From a virus (taxonomy: Duplodnaviria > Heunggongvirae > Uroviricota > Caudoviricetes), in IMG/VR virus record IMGVR_UViG_3300003324_000363, positions 17,571 through 81,570 of that record: a stretch of 64,000 nucleotides of DNA. The stretch is one strand, 5' to 3'. A model generated the notes under the pieces. The model did no database searches. It had not been told where the DNA came from and saw only the letters and a list, made by a program, of their open reading frames with translations. Of the stretch, positions 25,904-35,317 are shown piece after piece. The first letter of the stretch is position 1. The number at the start of each line of letters is the position of its first letter. The position numbers and the translations under genes are program-made.

Positions 25904-26864
25904 GTTTCACACGTGCTGTTTTGCTTGCAACACTAGCTCGTGATTCGTATTCTTCCTTGGTTATTGCTCTTACCATGTGGTGGCTATATCCTGTTGCTCT
26001 TGTGTCATCTTTGTGTCTGACTTTTTCATAATAGTACATCTTGCCGTCTTGTAAGTCCCTGTTTACTGTAAGCATTCCCTCTTTGTTGCATTTTGGACAA
26101 ACCATGGTTTTTGTTGCATTATTGTTTGCAACTGGTGCAGGTTTTGGTTCGTCTGGTTCCTGTTCAGACTGTTTCTGTTCTAGCCTTTGTTTCCAAGTTT
26201 GCTCATTGATCATATGCCTTGTAGACCTTCGTTCTTCAAATTCTTCTCTTGAAATTTCATTAATGGCATGGTATGATGCATTGCCGTTAGCTTTCCCGCC
26301 TTTATGTCTGATGGTCATAAAGTATTTTACTTGAGTGTTGCCGTTTTTGTGTGATGTTCTTTTCTGTGGCACTAAAACACCTTCTTGATGGCAATATTCA
26401 CAAGTGACGGTTTGAGCATTTTGTTGTCGTGCTAGAGCTGTTGATGGCTGTATTACAGGATTGTTCTGCTGCCCAAGTGTTCTAAGATAGTTAAGTTCTT
26501 GATTTAATGAATGTGAACGCATTTGCAGAGTATTCATGTACCAGTCTTGGCATTGTGGGGGAACACGATTGAGATTGTTTCGAATGTAGGTTGTCAAAAC
26601 ACTTTCAAATTCCATGCTGATGGCATTTAGTACTTCCTCTTCCGTTGCTGATTCTAGCCTAAGTTTACCATACCTAATGACATCGCCAATAGCCATGCCA
26701 ATTAGATTTAGCAACAGCACACTCTTTAGACCCATCATTATTGATCTGGATTTGAATTCTGGCAAGCTTGCTATCTGTGAGGCTATTTCTAAAGAATTCA
26801 TATAGCCATCAGCCACAGCACGCATGTTCTTTGCCAGTGTTGCTGAATTATATTGCACTATCAA
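25890..26864 (-). CDS. Hypothetical protein, 324 aa, with two internal zinc-ribbon-like repeats
   Basis: CEYCHQEG...KYFMTIRHK and CPKCNKEG...YYYEKVRHK are duplicated modules. Confidence 0.5.
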   Translation of the reverse strand: MIVQYNSATLAKNMRAVADGYMNSLEIASQIASLPEFKSRSIMMGLKSVLLLNLIGMAIGDVIRYGKLRLESATEEEVLNAISMEFESVLTTYIRNNLNRVPPQCQDWYMNTLQMRSHSLNQELNYLRTLGQQNNPVIQPSTALARQQNAQTVTCEYCHQEGVLVPQKRTSHKNGNTQVKYFMTIRHKGGKANGNASYHAINEISREEFEERRSTRHMINEQTWKQRLEQKQSEQEPDEPKPAPVANNNATKTMVCPKCNKEGMLTVNRDLQDGKMYYYEKVRHKDDTRATGYSHHMVRAITKEEYESRASVASKTARVKHDNN

Positions 26865-27292
26865 AAGCTAGTCCTTCCTTTTCTTGCACCAATCATGAAT
26901 CTCATTACTGGTGATTGATCTATGCCAGCACCATATTTTTGTCCTAGTTGTATGGCTCTTGTTGCTGCTGCTGGGCCGCCTACTGCAAACATTTGCCACA
27001 TCAGCATTTTGATGAACAGTGGCTTGTATGAGTCATTGTCTGATACAAAATGTCGTTGGCAAGATTTGTTTTTACAGATATAGCTTGGTTTTTCACCAGC
27101 TACTGGGTTTCTAACAGTTCTGACATATACCTCATTGCCACCGCAGGATGGACATTTTGGTATTTCTGCTTGCACTTGCTCCTTTACAATGTCTCGAATT
27201 TTGTTGACTTGGTTAAACAAGTCTTCATCAAACTCTCTTGCTGCTTTGCTAAAACGTGGTTTTCTGCGTCTAGTTGCTTGTTCTGTCATCAC
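26861..27292 (-). CDS. Zinc-ribbon DNA-binding-like protein, 143 aa. The first codon is GTG, then ATG.
   Basis: CPSCGGNEVYVRTV...YICKNKSCQRHF. Confidence 0.45.
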   Translation of the reverse strand: MMTEQATRRRKPRFSKAAREFDEDLFNQVNKIRDIVKEQVQAEIPKCPSCGGNEVYVRTVRNPVAGEKPSYICKNKSCQRHFVSDNDSYKPLFIKMLMWQMFAVGGPAAATRAIQLGQKYGAGIDQSPVMRFMIGARKGRTSF

Positions 27293-27358
27293 TCTTTGAT
27301 TGACCTTCCATTTGTCATAGTAAAAGTAACCAAATATTTAGTATATAAATATATTTAA

Positions 27359-27565
27359 CTATGTAGTTTTGATTAACCTAATGTGGGCTTCCAGCTTTTG
27401 TAAATCTGTCATTTCATGCTTATATGTTGCATACACATCTGAGGGCATACCCAAGTGCTGCATACGTTCTATTTGCTCTGCACACCATGATATTTTGAAT
27501 GTGATAAGATTCAATATCATAGCCTTATCTTGTTCAGATAGACCAGATGGCACTATTCCGTCCAT
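27359..27565 (-). CDS. Hypothetical protein, 68 aa
   Basis: ORF. Confidence 0.4.
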   Translation of the reverse strand: MDGIVPSGLSEQDKAMILNLITFKISWCAEQIERMQHLGMPSDVYATYKHEMTDLQKLEAHIRLIKTT

Positions 27566-27738
27566 TGTATTTCTCTAATCTTTTGAAAGCTCAAGCCACA
27601 ATACTTGCATCGTCTAGGAACAACTCGTTTGTGCTTATAATGTCTTGTCACAATTACCCATCCATCTGCACTACAATAACACTCAAACTTTGATATATTG
27701 TTACCTTCCCCTTCTGCGTAGCTTAGCTGAACTGTCAT
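27553..27738 (-). CDS. Zinc-finger protein, 61 aa
   Basis: CYCSADG...CKYCG. Confidence 0.4.
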   Translation of the reverse strand: MTVQLSYAEGEGNNISKFECYCSADGWVIVTRHYKHKRVVPRRCKYCGLSFQKIREIQWTE

Positions 27739-28004
27739 ACTATTAGCTCCTTCATGTCTCGTTTGAATATGTCAAATTCTGCCATGCCTTTTGCTGTGAT
27801 TCTATAAAATGTTGCCGGTGTTCTGCCTATGAATCTCTTTTGGTAGCTGATCATACCATTGCTTTCTAATGCTCTAAGATTGCTGGCAAGATTGCCATCC
27901 GTTAAGCTTGTTACTTGTTTCAAGTAACTAAATCTAGCTTGCTCACCATTACTCAACACACTCATTATTTGAATACGATACTTGTTTAGAAATACTGAAT
28001 TCAT
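27735..28004 (-). CDS. Winged-helix transcriptional regulator, 89 aa
   Basis: RIQIMSVLSNGEQARFSYLKQVTSLTDGNLASNLRALESNGMISY matches a helix-turn-helix plus wing pattern. Confidence 0.45.
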   Translation of the reverse strand: MNSVFLNKYRIQIMSVLSNGEQARFSYLKQVTSLTDGNLASNLRALESNGMISYQKRFIGRTPATFYRITAKGMAEFDIFKRDMKELIV

Positions 28005-28216
28005 TCGCCATCTACATCCTTGACTTGAATGTTATCCCTAGTTGCTACTTTCCATACCATGTAAAACATTGCACTAGCCAAGCCTAACAATATCATTGCT
28101 TTAATTGATGGGAATATACGTGGAATTAAAAATTCAGCCACCAGTATTATTGTGCATAATGTGATTGCACAGCCAACCACCAATATCCACATACCTTTAG
28201 TTGTGAATTCTGTCAT
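28001..28216 (-). CDS. Small membrane protein with two transmembrane helices
   Basis: Hydrophobic segments. Confidence 0.4.
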   Translation of the reverse strand: MTEFTTKGMWILVVGCAITLCTIILVAEFLIPRIFPSIKAMILLGLASAMFYMVWKVATRDNIQVKDVDGE

Positions 28217-28365
28217 GAAAATATCACTCCTTTACCAAAGCACGACCTGCATTGAGTTTCACTTGTACTTGCAGCAGTAGAATATCGATATTGATTTTGA
28301 CTATGATAAAATGTTGCCGGAACAAACCCTCTTCCAAGACAAACCGGACATTTATCAACTGTCAT
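28213..28365 (-). CDS. Small zinc-ribbon protein, 50 aa (MTVDKCPVCLGRGF...CRSCFGKG)
   Basis: Read from the sequence. ATGA overlap. Confidence 0.35.
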   Translation of the reverse strand: MTVDKCPVCLGRGFVPATFYHSQNQYRYSTAASTSETQCRSCFGKGVIFS

Positions 28366-28636
28366 TTTTCTTCTCCACCAACACTATGCCATCATGAGGC
28401 AATGTTATCTTTAGCTCATAGTCCTTGATGGTATCAATTAGCTCCTCATAGCCCATGTTGTTATGCTGACATGCACCCTGCAAGCTGTAGCCATTTTCAT
28501 TATGGTCTAGTATTACTTTTGCTAACTTTGTAGCAAGCTCCTTGCTTACAACAGCAGTTGGGTCACTCATTCCATTTCTTACTCCATAGTATTGCTTTTC
28601 TTCTGTCACTTTCTGTATGTATGTACCCACCAGCAT
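28355..28636 (-). CDS. Hypothetical protein, 93 aa
   Basis: ORF. Confidence 0.4.
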   Translation of the reverse strand: MLVGTYIQKVTEEKQYYGVRNGMSDPTAVVSKELATKLAKVILDHNENGYSLQGACQHNNMGYEELIDTIKDYELKITLPHDGIVLVEKKNDS

Positions 28637-28844
28637 GTTGCAGTATTGCTTGATAGTGATTCATACACTCGTAACAATCAGCCACATGTGCCCAGAACTT
28701 TGCCTTGTACTTAGCTTGTCCAATATCACATTCATAATCAATTACATCATCCTCGTTTTCAGTAATCTTTCTGTTCTTAGCAGCATCAGCAAGTTTTTTC
28801 ATACCTTGCAAATGTGTACCGCACTTTTCTATTTTATCAGTCAT
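28563..28844 (-). CDS. Cys/His-containing protein, 93 aa
   Basis: ORF. The 74-nt overlap with the previous ORF makes one of the two starts doubtful. Confidence 0.35.
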   Translation of the reverse strand: MTDKIEKCGTHLQGMKKLADAAKNRKITENEDDVIDYECDIGQAKYKAKFWAHVADCYECMNHYQAILQHAGGYIHTESDRRKAILWSKKWNE

Positions 28845-29092
28845 CTTGAAATTCCACCAGTGTCTCTATTCAACATTTCCATAAATTTTGTCTTGGTGTT
28901 TTTTAGTAATTCTTCAAGCTGCATTGCTTCCTCGTTGTTGACATAATCTATATCTAGCACATTGCAAAATTTACGCATTATGAAATCTATATCTTCAGCT
29001 TTCATGTTAGTCTTGAGCAATTCATTCATGGCAGTTAGTGCTCCGAATCCATACCCAATCATAAATCCACGTTCTAAGGTGTTTTCAGTCAT
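28841..29092 (-). CDS. Hypothetical protein, 83 aa
   Basis: ORF. Confidence 0.4.
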   Translation of the reverse strand: MTENTLERGFMIGYGFGALTAMNELLKTNMKAEDIDFIMRKFCNVLDIDYVNNEEAMQLEELLKNTKTKFMEMLNRDTGGISR

Positions 29093-30185
29093 CGTCTTTC
29101 TTTTCCTCTCCTATTCCACCTTTGCCAATTGAAATCTTGACATCAGAGTATGGATGGTTTGGTGAGTCAACTATTTTTATAACCCGGTTTATTCCTGCCT
29201 TTCGTATGTAGATTCTATATGTGCTTGAATGTGCAACCACGTTGCCGCCAGTTGGCTTTATTGGATCGCCAAACATTACATCAGGACTTGCCATTACTTG
29301 ATTTGTAAATAGCACAAGTACGCCATATACATGGGCAATGTTTGTTAGGTGGTGCAGCAGCTTTTCCAGTCTATTCTGTCTGTCATACAATGTGCCACGA
29401 CCTGAAAACTCGGCTCTGTGTGCTGCAATTATACTATCAATAATCAGCATCTTTGTACCATATTCTGATACCCATTTGCCTAGCTGTTTTACTGTAAGCT
29501 CTAGATTGCTTGCATTAAGTATTCTATTGACGTATATCTTTCCTAGTGTTTCTTTTGCATCCATCCCATTTGCTTCTGCAATTTCAACAATTCTCTCTGG
29601 TCTAAATGTACCTTCTGTGTCTAGAAAGATTACAGAATTGCTACCTAGACCGCCTTGCTCTACTGGCTTTAGTGCACGTACTGCCAAACTATGTGCAACT
29701 TGTGATTTGCCAGAGCCAAATTCGCCATATATTTCATAGGTAGAACCTACTTCAAACCCACCTTGCAGCAAAGTATCAAACTTTTCTGAACCAGTTTTCA
29801 GCCTAAGTAAGCTGTTCCTTCTTTCATATTCTGCTGTAGCTGGCACAAATGACTTGCCAATGATTTCTTTTTCTCTAAGCCAGTCTTGTGCTTGCAGAAT
29901 TAACTGCCCGGCTGCTTCACGTTTCAAGTTAACATTATTTATCAAGTCTTCTGGATTGATAACAGCAAGATCAGGAATAGTTTCAACACCCATTACTTTT
30001 AGCTTCTTTACTACAGTTGGTGATATTTCAGGCAATGCCTTTACACTCAATTCTTTCAAATCTGTAGCTGTAGCTTCTATCCTTTCCTCTTCTACCTTTA
30101 CCTGTTCAACTTCTTTCTCTTCAACAACGGCACGTTTTGTATATTTTCGTTTTACTCTACCTTTAGGCAACGGAACATACAACAA
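29085..30185 (-). CDS. radA: RadA/Rad51-type recombinase. N-terminal helix-hairpin-helix domain plus RecA core.
   Basis: Walker A GEFGSGKSQ, then DTEGTFRPER, Walker-B LIIDSI and an N-terminal LKVMGVETIPDLAV HhH region. There is no in-frame ATG near the N-terminus. The listed start is TTG. Confidence 0.8.
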   Translation of the reverse strand: MLYVPLPKGRVKRKYTKRAVVEEKEVEQVKVEEERIEATATDLKELSVKALPEISPTVVKKLKVMGVETIPDLAVINPEDLINNVNLKREAAGQLILQAQDWLREKEIIGKSFVPATAEYERRNSLLRLKTGSEKFDTLLQGGFEVGSTYEIYGEFGSGKSQVAHSLAVRALKPVEQGGLGSNSVIFLDTEGTFRPERIVEIAEANGMDAKETLGKIYVNRILNASNLELTVKQLGKWVSEYGTKMLIIDSIIAAHRAEFSGRGTLYDRQNRLEKLLHHLTNIAHVYGVLVLFTNQVMASPDVMFGDPIKPTGGNVVAHSSTYRIYIRKAGINRVIKIVDSPNHPYSDVKISIGKGGIGEEKKDDD

Positions 30186-30226
30186 TGTTTTAGTATATAA
30201 ATATATTTAACTTTATAGTTAGAAGA

Positions 30227-30568
30227 TTACTTGTTGCATTTACAGTGATAGAATCCACATTCCCAACAAGCTGTGATTTTCTTCTGGCAATCATCACAAT
30301 ATGTTGTACAACGTGCCAATGCCTGCTCCATTGCATTTGGATTATGCTTTGTTAAACTATCTTCTAGCTTTTTTGAGAATCTTATAATTTGTGGAATTAT
30401 AGTAAATTCTTCAGGCTTGTCTAATTCTGCTATTCCTATAGTAGTCATAACTTTACCTAACCTAGCTTTGTGTTGATATGCTTCCAAGTTAGCTAGAGTA
30501 GAAAAAACACCATGAATTGCCCAAGCACCTTCATGGTTTTCATCACAGAGAAGGTATAGTTTTGTCAT
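30227..30568 (-). CDS. Cys-rich protein with a C-terminal CDDCQKKITACWECGFYHCKC cluster. The track start is GTG, so I adjusted to the ATG.
   Basis: ORF. ATGA overlap with the upstream mini-ORF. Confidence 0.45.
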   Translation of the reverse strand: MTKLYLLCDENHEGAWAIHGVFSTLANLEAYQHKARLGKVMTTIGIAELDKPEEFTIIPQIIRFSKKLEDSLTKHNPNAMEQALARCTTYCDDCQKKITACWECGFYHCKCNK

Positions 30569-30693
30569 TTTTTGCACTTACCACATATTTGTTCTCTTGG
30601 CATTTCACACCATGTAAACCATGGATTAGTCCATTCTCTTTTACAAGATGGGCAAAAATGATATAATGTGTTACCTTCATAGTCTTCACACAT
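30565..30693 (-). CDS. Small zinc-ribbon protein, 42 aa (MCEDYEGNTLYHFCPSCKREW...CGKCKK)
   Basis: Read from the sequence. Confidence 0.35.
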   Translation of the reverse strand: MCEDYEGNTLYHFCPSCKREWTNPWFTWCEMPREQICGKCKK

Positions 30694-30697
30694 ATTT

Positions 30698-31198
30698 CTA
30701 TACCTTTTCCCATTTATCCTCGATTTCTTTACGCACCCACAGGTTTTTCTTCAACTGTTTGCCAATTTCATAAATAGACATGTCCTCTTCATTATCATTT
30801 AGATTCCAAATTAGTTCATCTATTTGAAATCCTACATCATAAGCAAATGGCTTCTCAGTTAGCAACGGAGAGCTGAACATATACCTCATCTCTTTATCTG
30901 TAAAGCCATACTGTCTTACAACGTCATCTTCATCTATGTTGTCTGCTTCATGTTGGGTAAGTCCTGCAAACATGTTTTTTCTGCATCCAAGCCAGCCGAC
31001 AGCACAATATCCTAATACATTGCGCTTGTCGTCAGCCACCGTAGCAGCAACCTTATCCAATTTAATTAATTGGTGTGTTATTTTATTTACTTTGGCTTTC
31101 TTTGATTCCATTAAAGCATCTGTCACTATGTTTATTTTCTTACGCAGTGAGTGTTTTTGTTTCAATGTTAGCTTGCTCATTTTTATGCCACCACACAC
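30698..31198 (-). CDS. Cys-rich protein. Distant member of the 20901-22999 paralog family.
   Basis: CAVGWLGCRKNMFAG, like CVVGRLGC in 9596..9967. Confidence 0.5.
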   Translation of the reverse strand: MCGGIKMSKLTLKQKHSLRKKINIVTDALMESKKAKVNKITHQLIKLDKVAATVADDKRNVLGYCAVGWLGCRKNMFAGLTQHEADNIDEDDVVRQYGFTDKEMRYMFSSPLLTEKPFAYDVGFQIDELIWNLNDNEEDMSIYEIGKQLKKNLWVRKEIEDKWEKV

Positions 31199-31617
31199 TG
31201 ATAGTAGTCGTATGTTGATAGATTCTCGTATCCTACACAGCTAAATGTATAGACTTTTCCAGTTTGTATCTTGCTAAACTCAATGTCGATGTTTGTGTTT
31301 AGAAAGTGTGTTTCACGCAATTGTATTACTCTATCATTGTGAGTGATAATATCTTTGCCAGACACCAAGTAGTATGTCACCTTGTTTTCTGGGTCAACCC
31401 ATGTCTTTGTCACATTCATCTTGATGGTAGTTGGCTTTATGTCTGTGCTTACCCAATGTGTTAGTGCCCAATAGATGCCAAATGCTATTGCAGCAACTAT
31501 ACCTATGGCGATTATTTTTCCTATCAATTTGGTATCTGTGCTCCTTCTTGTAAGCTTTTCAAGTCTAGTAAGAATGGTGCGTTTCCACTCATAACAACAG
31601 GCAACTTCCCGTCCCAA
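31183..31617 (-). CDS. NfeD-like membrane protein (one transmembrane helix plus a C-terminal beta domain), partner of the SPFH protein. The start is uncertain and probably lies downstream of 31524.
   Basis: A transmembrane helix IIAIGIVAAIAFGIYWAL is followed by a ~90-aa beta-rich domain. It sits immediately after the SPFH gene. The first 31 codons overlap the SPFH C-terminus. Confidence 0.4.
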   Translation of the reverse strand: MGREVACCYEWKRTILTRLEKLTRRSTDTKLIGKIIAIGIVAAIAFGIYWALTHWVSTDIKPTTIKMNVTKTWVDPENKVTYYLVSGKDIITHNDRVIQLRETHFLNTNIDIEFSKIQTGKVYTFSCVGYENLSTYDYYQCVVA

Positions 31618-32435
31618 CGCTGCACTTCTAGGTAATGGACGTATTCTGGACTTTGCTTTAATTGTTCGTTGATCAACTTGATTGACTCTGCCTGTCCCTG
31701 TGCTTGAGCTATTGATGCATCTCTTTGACCATTGGCTGTTGCTACGGCTTGCTGTGCTTCAAATTCTACCTGCTTTAACTTGTTTTGTGCTTGTAATGCA
31801 TTCTGCTCTGCTGTTACTTTAGCTTCAATAGCTTGATTGAATTGGTCACTAAAGTCAAAATGTGTGATAAGCACTGAATCAATTATGATGCCTCTATATG
31901 ACAAATCATTAGTCAGGGTGCTTTGTATTGCATCTTTTACTTGCTCTCTTTTTGTAATAAGTTCATCTGCATTGAACTTGGCAGTATTTTGTTTTGTAGC
32001 TTCCTGTATTGCAGGAGCAATAAGCACTGATTCATAGCCTGTTCCTACATCATGGTGTAACTTTGGTGCTTGACTTCCATCAATATGATAGTTGATTGTA
32101 ATTTCTGTTTGAACTGTCTGCAAGTCATTGCTAGCTGATGATGAATTAGCAGATATTTTTTGTACTTTTGTGTTATAGATGTGAACTTCATCTTGAATTG
32201 GTGTTACCTGATGAATTCCACTTCCTAATGGCTGACAATAAATAGGTTCATTTGTCTTATCGTCTTTGCCACAAATTGGAACATTGCCCCATTGAGTAAC
32301 AACTCCAACTTCACCTGTACCTACACTTCTAATTGTTGAAAATGACACAGCTACAATGGCGATTACTACCACCACAGCAATGCCTAAAATTACAAATTTG
32401 GGAATATGAAAACTGCCAGAATCCCTTTTACTCAC
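31524..32435 (-). CDS. SPFH/band-7 (stomatin/prohibitin/HflC-like) membrane protein
   Basis: N-terminal transmembrane helix, then GEVGVVTQWGNV, AKFNADELITKREQV and the Ala/Gln-rich coiled coil AIEAKVTAEQNALQAQNKLKQVEFEAQQAV typical of SPFH domains. Confidence 0.7.
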   Translation of the reverse strand: MSKRDSGSFHIPKFVILGIAVVVVIAIVAVSFSTIRSVGTGEVGVVTQWGNVPICGKDDKTNEPIYCQPLGSGIHQVTPIQDEVHIYNTKVQKISANSSSASNDLQTVQTEITINYHIDGSQAPKLHHDVGTGYESVLIAPAIQEATKQNTAKFNADELITKREQVKDAIQSTLTNDLSYRGIIIDSVLITHFDFSDQFNQAIEAKVTAEQNALQAQNKLKQVEFEAQQAVATANGQRDASIAQAQGQAESIKLINEQLKQSPEYVHYLEVQRWDGKLPVVMSGNAPFLLDLKSLQEGAQIPN

Positions 32436-32755
32436 TTCTGTTGCTGCTCCATTGCTTTTGTGGGATTGTATTCGTCAACTCTTGTTGTAATTTTGTACCA
32501 GTGATCGTTGTGTTTGTACACAAATGCACTTGTCTTTTTGTTGCTTGCAGAGCCATAGCCGCCAACTCTTTCACCTAGTCTGCTTCTAAGCTTGTCTGTT
32601 TGATATTGAGCAATCATTAGATTTCCAATGATGTTTTCTAGTTCTAAGTCACGATCATCCATATCTGCTAGAAAACTTTTGTCAACACCCATTTTCACAA
32701 TATCGTCTTGGGAAAGCTCCTCTGGTTGTCTTTTTGCTGTTACTTTTGTTGGCAT
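32432..32755 (-). CDS. Hypothetical protein, 107 aa
   Basis: ORF. Confidence 0.45.
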   Translation of the reverse strand: MPTKVTAKRQPEELSQDDIVKMGVDKSFLADMDDRDLELENIIGNLMIAQYQTDKLRSRLGERVGGYGSASNKKTSAFVYKHNDHWYKITTRVDEYNPTKAMEQQQK

Positions 32756-32961
32756 TATGGAAGACCTGTCCTTGGTGATACATCATGTGGTGCGTTTTCT
32801 ATGTACCGTTTGCCAGCAATGTCGTAATGAATTTCGTCAATGTAGTATGCTGTATCAGTTACAACACTACACATATTTGCCCCACAAACAGGAACGCCAC
32901 CCATACCATCTTCAGTTACCATATCTGTTTCTTGGTTTTGAACGAACATTTGTTTGCTCAT
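32755..32961 (-). CDS. Hypothetical protein, 68 aa
   Basis: ORF. An exact promoter 19-mer lies 25 nt upstream. Confidence 0.4.
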   Translation of the reverse strand: MSKQMFVQNQETDMVTEDGMGGVPVCGANMCSVVTDTAYYIDEIHYDIAGKRYIENAPHDVSPRTGLP

Positions 32962-33152
32962 TATGATTGTTAACTTAGTATTTACTATATAAATATATTT
33001 AACTATCCTATACCATTTTTTGAATAAGTAATTCTGTATATTTCTTTGTTTTTACCATACGTGCAGCACAATGAACACAAACCTGCTCACGTTTATTTTT
33101 AGCTAGGCTTATGACGTGTGTAGCTACATACTTGCAGTGTTTACATTTTTCA

Positions 33153-33659
33153 TCAGCTTTCAAAAGGCATCCTCACTCTTGTTTTAGTAACAATGTGTTT
33201 GTCAACATCGTTGTAGGCATATAATTCTCCATTGTATGTGCATTTATAGTTGTAGCCTTTTGGTAATCCTGTAACATCATGGTAGAATTCACGTTGTTCA
33301 CGTTTAATGTAAACATTTTCTAGCTTGCCATCCAAGTTTTTTACCCTATCCCTAGTCTTGCCCATAAACCAAAATGCAAGAATTGAACGTCTAACAATAT
33401 ACCCACCTGCAAAGAATTCACAAACATCATTGCATCTTTCTACCTGTTCGGCAGGAACATGAGCTTCAGTTGATTGTGTACTTTTACATTCTATTGACAT
33501 CAATACTCTTACTGTATTATTTACAGCAACCAAATCTGGGAAATCCGTACCACTGCTACCAAGTCTTTTACAAGCATAGCCTTTTGTTTCATTGAATCGT
33601 TTTCTTAATTTGTATTCCCACGCATAGCCACGTTGCCTTCTGATATGCCCAACTCCCAT
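33153..33659 (-). CDS. hjc: Holliday-junction resolvase Hjc-like PD-(D/E)xK nuclease
   Basis: GYAWEYKLRKRF...RLGSSGTDFPDLVAVNN...IECKST matches the Hjc pattern (G.A.E..L...G..SG..PDLV, then E.K). Confidence 0.6.
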   Translation of the reverse strand: MGVGHIRRQRGYAWEYKLRKRFNETKGYACKRLGSSGTDFPDLVAVNNTVRVLMSIECKSTQSTEAHVPAEQVERCNDVCEFFAGGYIVRRSILAFWFMGKTRDRVKNLDGKLENVYIKREQREFYHDVTGLPKGYNYKCTYNGELYAYNDVDKHIVTKTRVRMPFES

Positions 33660-33665
33660 TATTTA

Positions 33666-33884
33666 TTACACTCTTACCAACTTTAGTAGCTTGACTGCAC
33701 GTTGTCTGCATCTTTTGTTTCTACCACGTGTTCGTAAGCTGAAATGGCAACATGGACAGTTTCTACCATCCCATGCCAAGAATATTTGGCAGACAGTGCA
33801 TCTTTTGTAGCCATCGGCATAATATCCAGTATGATAGCCTAGCTTTTTTGCTTTGTATCTAACACACAGCCCATTGCATGTCAT
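33666..33884 (-). CDS. Zinc-finger protein, 72 aa
   Basis: CNGLC...CTVC...CPCCH. Confidence 0.45.
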   Translation of the reverse strand: MTCNGLCVRYKAKKLGYHTGYYADGYKRCTVCQIFLAWDGRNCPCCHFSLRTRGRNKRCRQRAVKLLKLVRV

Positions 33885-35317
33885 GCCGTATCTCTCCTTT
33901 TGCTTAGAAATGGTGCTAGACGGTTCTTTGCAATTTGTATATAGTCTTTGTTTAGCTCTATTCCTACAAAATCTCTACCTAGCTTTGATGCAACTAAGCC
34001 AGCTGTACCTGCCCCAAAGAATGGGTCTAGCACAATTCCGGGCTTTGTATTTGCATTTTCACAATCACAATCTGGATAGTATTCTCCTACCTTTCTTATG
34101 ATTGTCTGTCTGAATTTTGACAAGTCTGAATTATGCAATCCTTTATTTGGATCGTCATCTGTACCACTCTTCATTGTTCCTGTATTCTTACCGGGTCTTG
34201 TGTTAACACGTTTTTCTTCCATGTTTCTTATCCATGGCTTGTTACATATTGTGCAAATTTTTATTGGACAGGTTGCCAGAATTGGTGTTACACATAATGC
34301 TTCTGGGAATACTGCCGTATGTTCCATGTGAAATGATTGTGTTGTTATATCCCACACGCATCTTTTGATCCGTCCAAACAGCACCGGTGCCCATGGCTTT
34401 CCAGAGTATGTTGGGTTTCCATACAATGCTGCTTTGTTTCCTCCAAACTTTGGCATTTTCTTTGCGTATGTTCCGTCAATACGCATTCTGTGTGGGTTGT
34501 TTTGTCTGTGTGGCTCTTTACTGTTTGCACCAGTGTTTGCCAATATTGATTTAATGATATTCCTTTTAGCATCTGATGGATTTTGTGCATTTGCTGATTT
34601 GTAATCTTTTGTTGCCTGTCCTTTGTAAGCTTTTTTTATTTCTTCTAATGTTATGGAACTGTATGGCTCATACTGTGTTTCAAAATAATAATCATCGTCC
34701 TTTACAAACCATAAGATGTATTCCCAATCACGTGTAAAGCCACGTTTATCACTCTGAGGCATTGAATTTGGCTTCTTCCAAATTATCTCACGTTTCAGCT
34801 TCCAACCACTAGCTTTCATTCTGAACCCAAGTGCTGCTGGGATTTGTTGCAAATCACCATCTATCATTTTATCACCCATGTTCACCCAGAAACTGCCTGA
34901 CTTTTTCAGCACTCTTCTGATTTCATCAAATATTTGCATCAAATGGTCAAGATACAAACATACTGTTGGTTCTTGCCCTAATTCGCCATACCAACCACCA
35001 CAGTCTAAGCAAGTGCTATATGAAATTTCAGTATCTGGAACTGGTTCTTGTTCACTATATTTCCCACTCTTTTGTGCATCACCACGACCAGAATGCAATT
35101 TTGTTATTTTCTTTGCTTGTGCAATGTGTGGACAATCTTCAAATTCATCCCACCATTGCAAATCTGTATGATAACTACGCATCCTGTAATAAGGCGGACT
35201 TGTTATGCACATGTCTATGGATTCAGATGGCAACTGCTTCAGGATAGCTAAAGAATGTCCTTGATAGATATGATTTCTAATTAAATCTTGATTGCTCTGT
35301 TGTATTTCTTTTTGCAT
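33881..35317 (-). CDS. DNA amino-methyltransferase (beta-class, N4-cytosine or N6-adenine) with a large Cys-containing insertion
   Basis: Motif IV CITSPPYY is N-terminal and motif I LDPFFGAGTAGLVASKLGRDFVGIELNKDY is C-terminal. That is the beta order. SPPY is most typical of N4C MTases. Confidence 0.75.
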   Translation of the reverse strand: MQKEIQQSNQDLIRNHIYQGHSLAILKQLPSESIDMCITSPPYYRMRSYHTDLQWWDEFEDCPHIAQAKKITKLHSGRGDAQKSGKYSEQEPVPDTEISYSTCLDCGGWYGELGQEPTVCLYLDHLMQIFDEIRRVLKKSGSFWVNMGDKMIDGDLQQIPAALGFRMKASGWKLKREIIWKKPNSMPQSDKRGFTRDWEYILWFVKDDDYYFETQYEPYSSITLEEIKKAYKGQATKDYKSANAQNPSDAKRNIIKSILANTGANSKEPHRQNNPHRMRIDGTYAKKMPKFGGNKAALYGNPTYSGKPWAPVLFGRIKRCVWDITTQSFHMEHTAVFPEALCVTPILATCPIKICTICNKPWIRNMEEKRVNTRPGKNTGTMKSGTDDDPNKGLHNSDLSKFRQTIIRKVGEYYPDCDCENANTKPGIVLDPFFGAGTAGLVASKLGRDFVGIELNKDYIQIAKNRLAPFLSKRRDTA

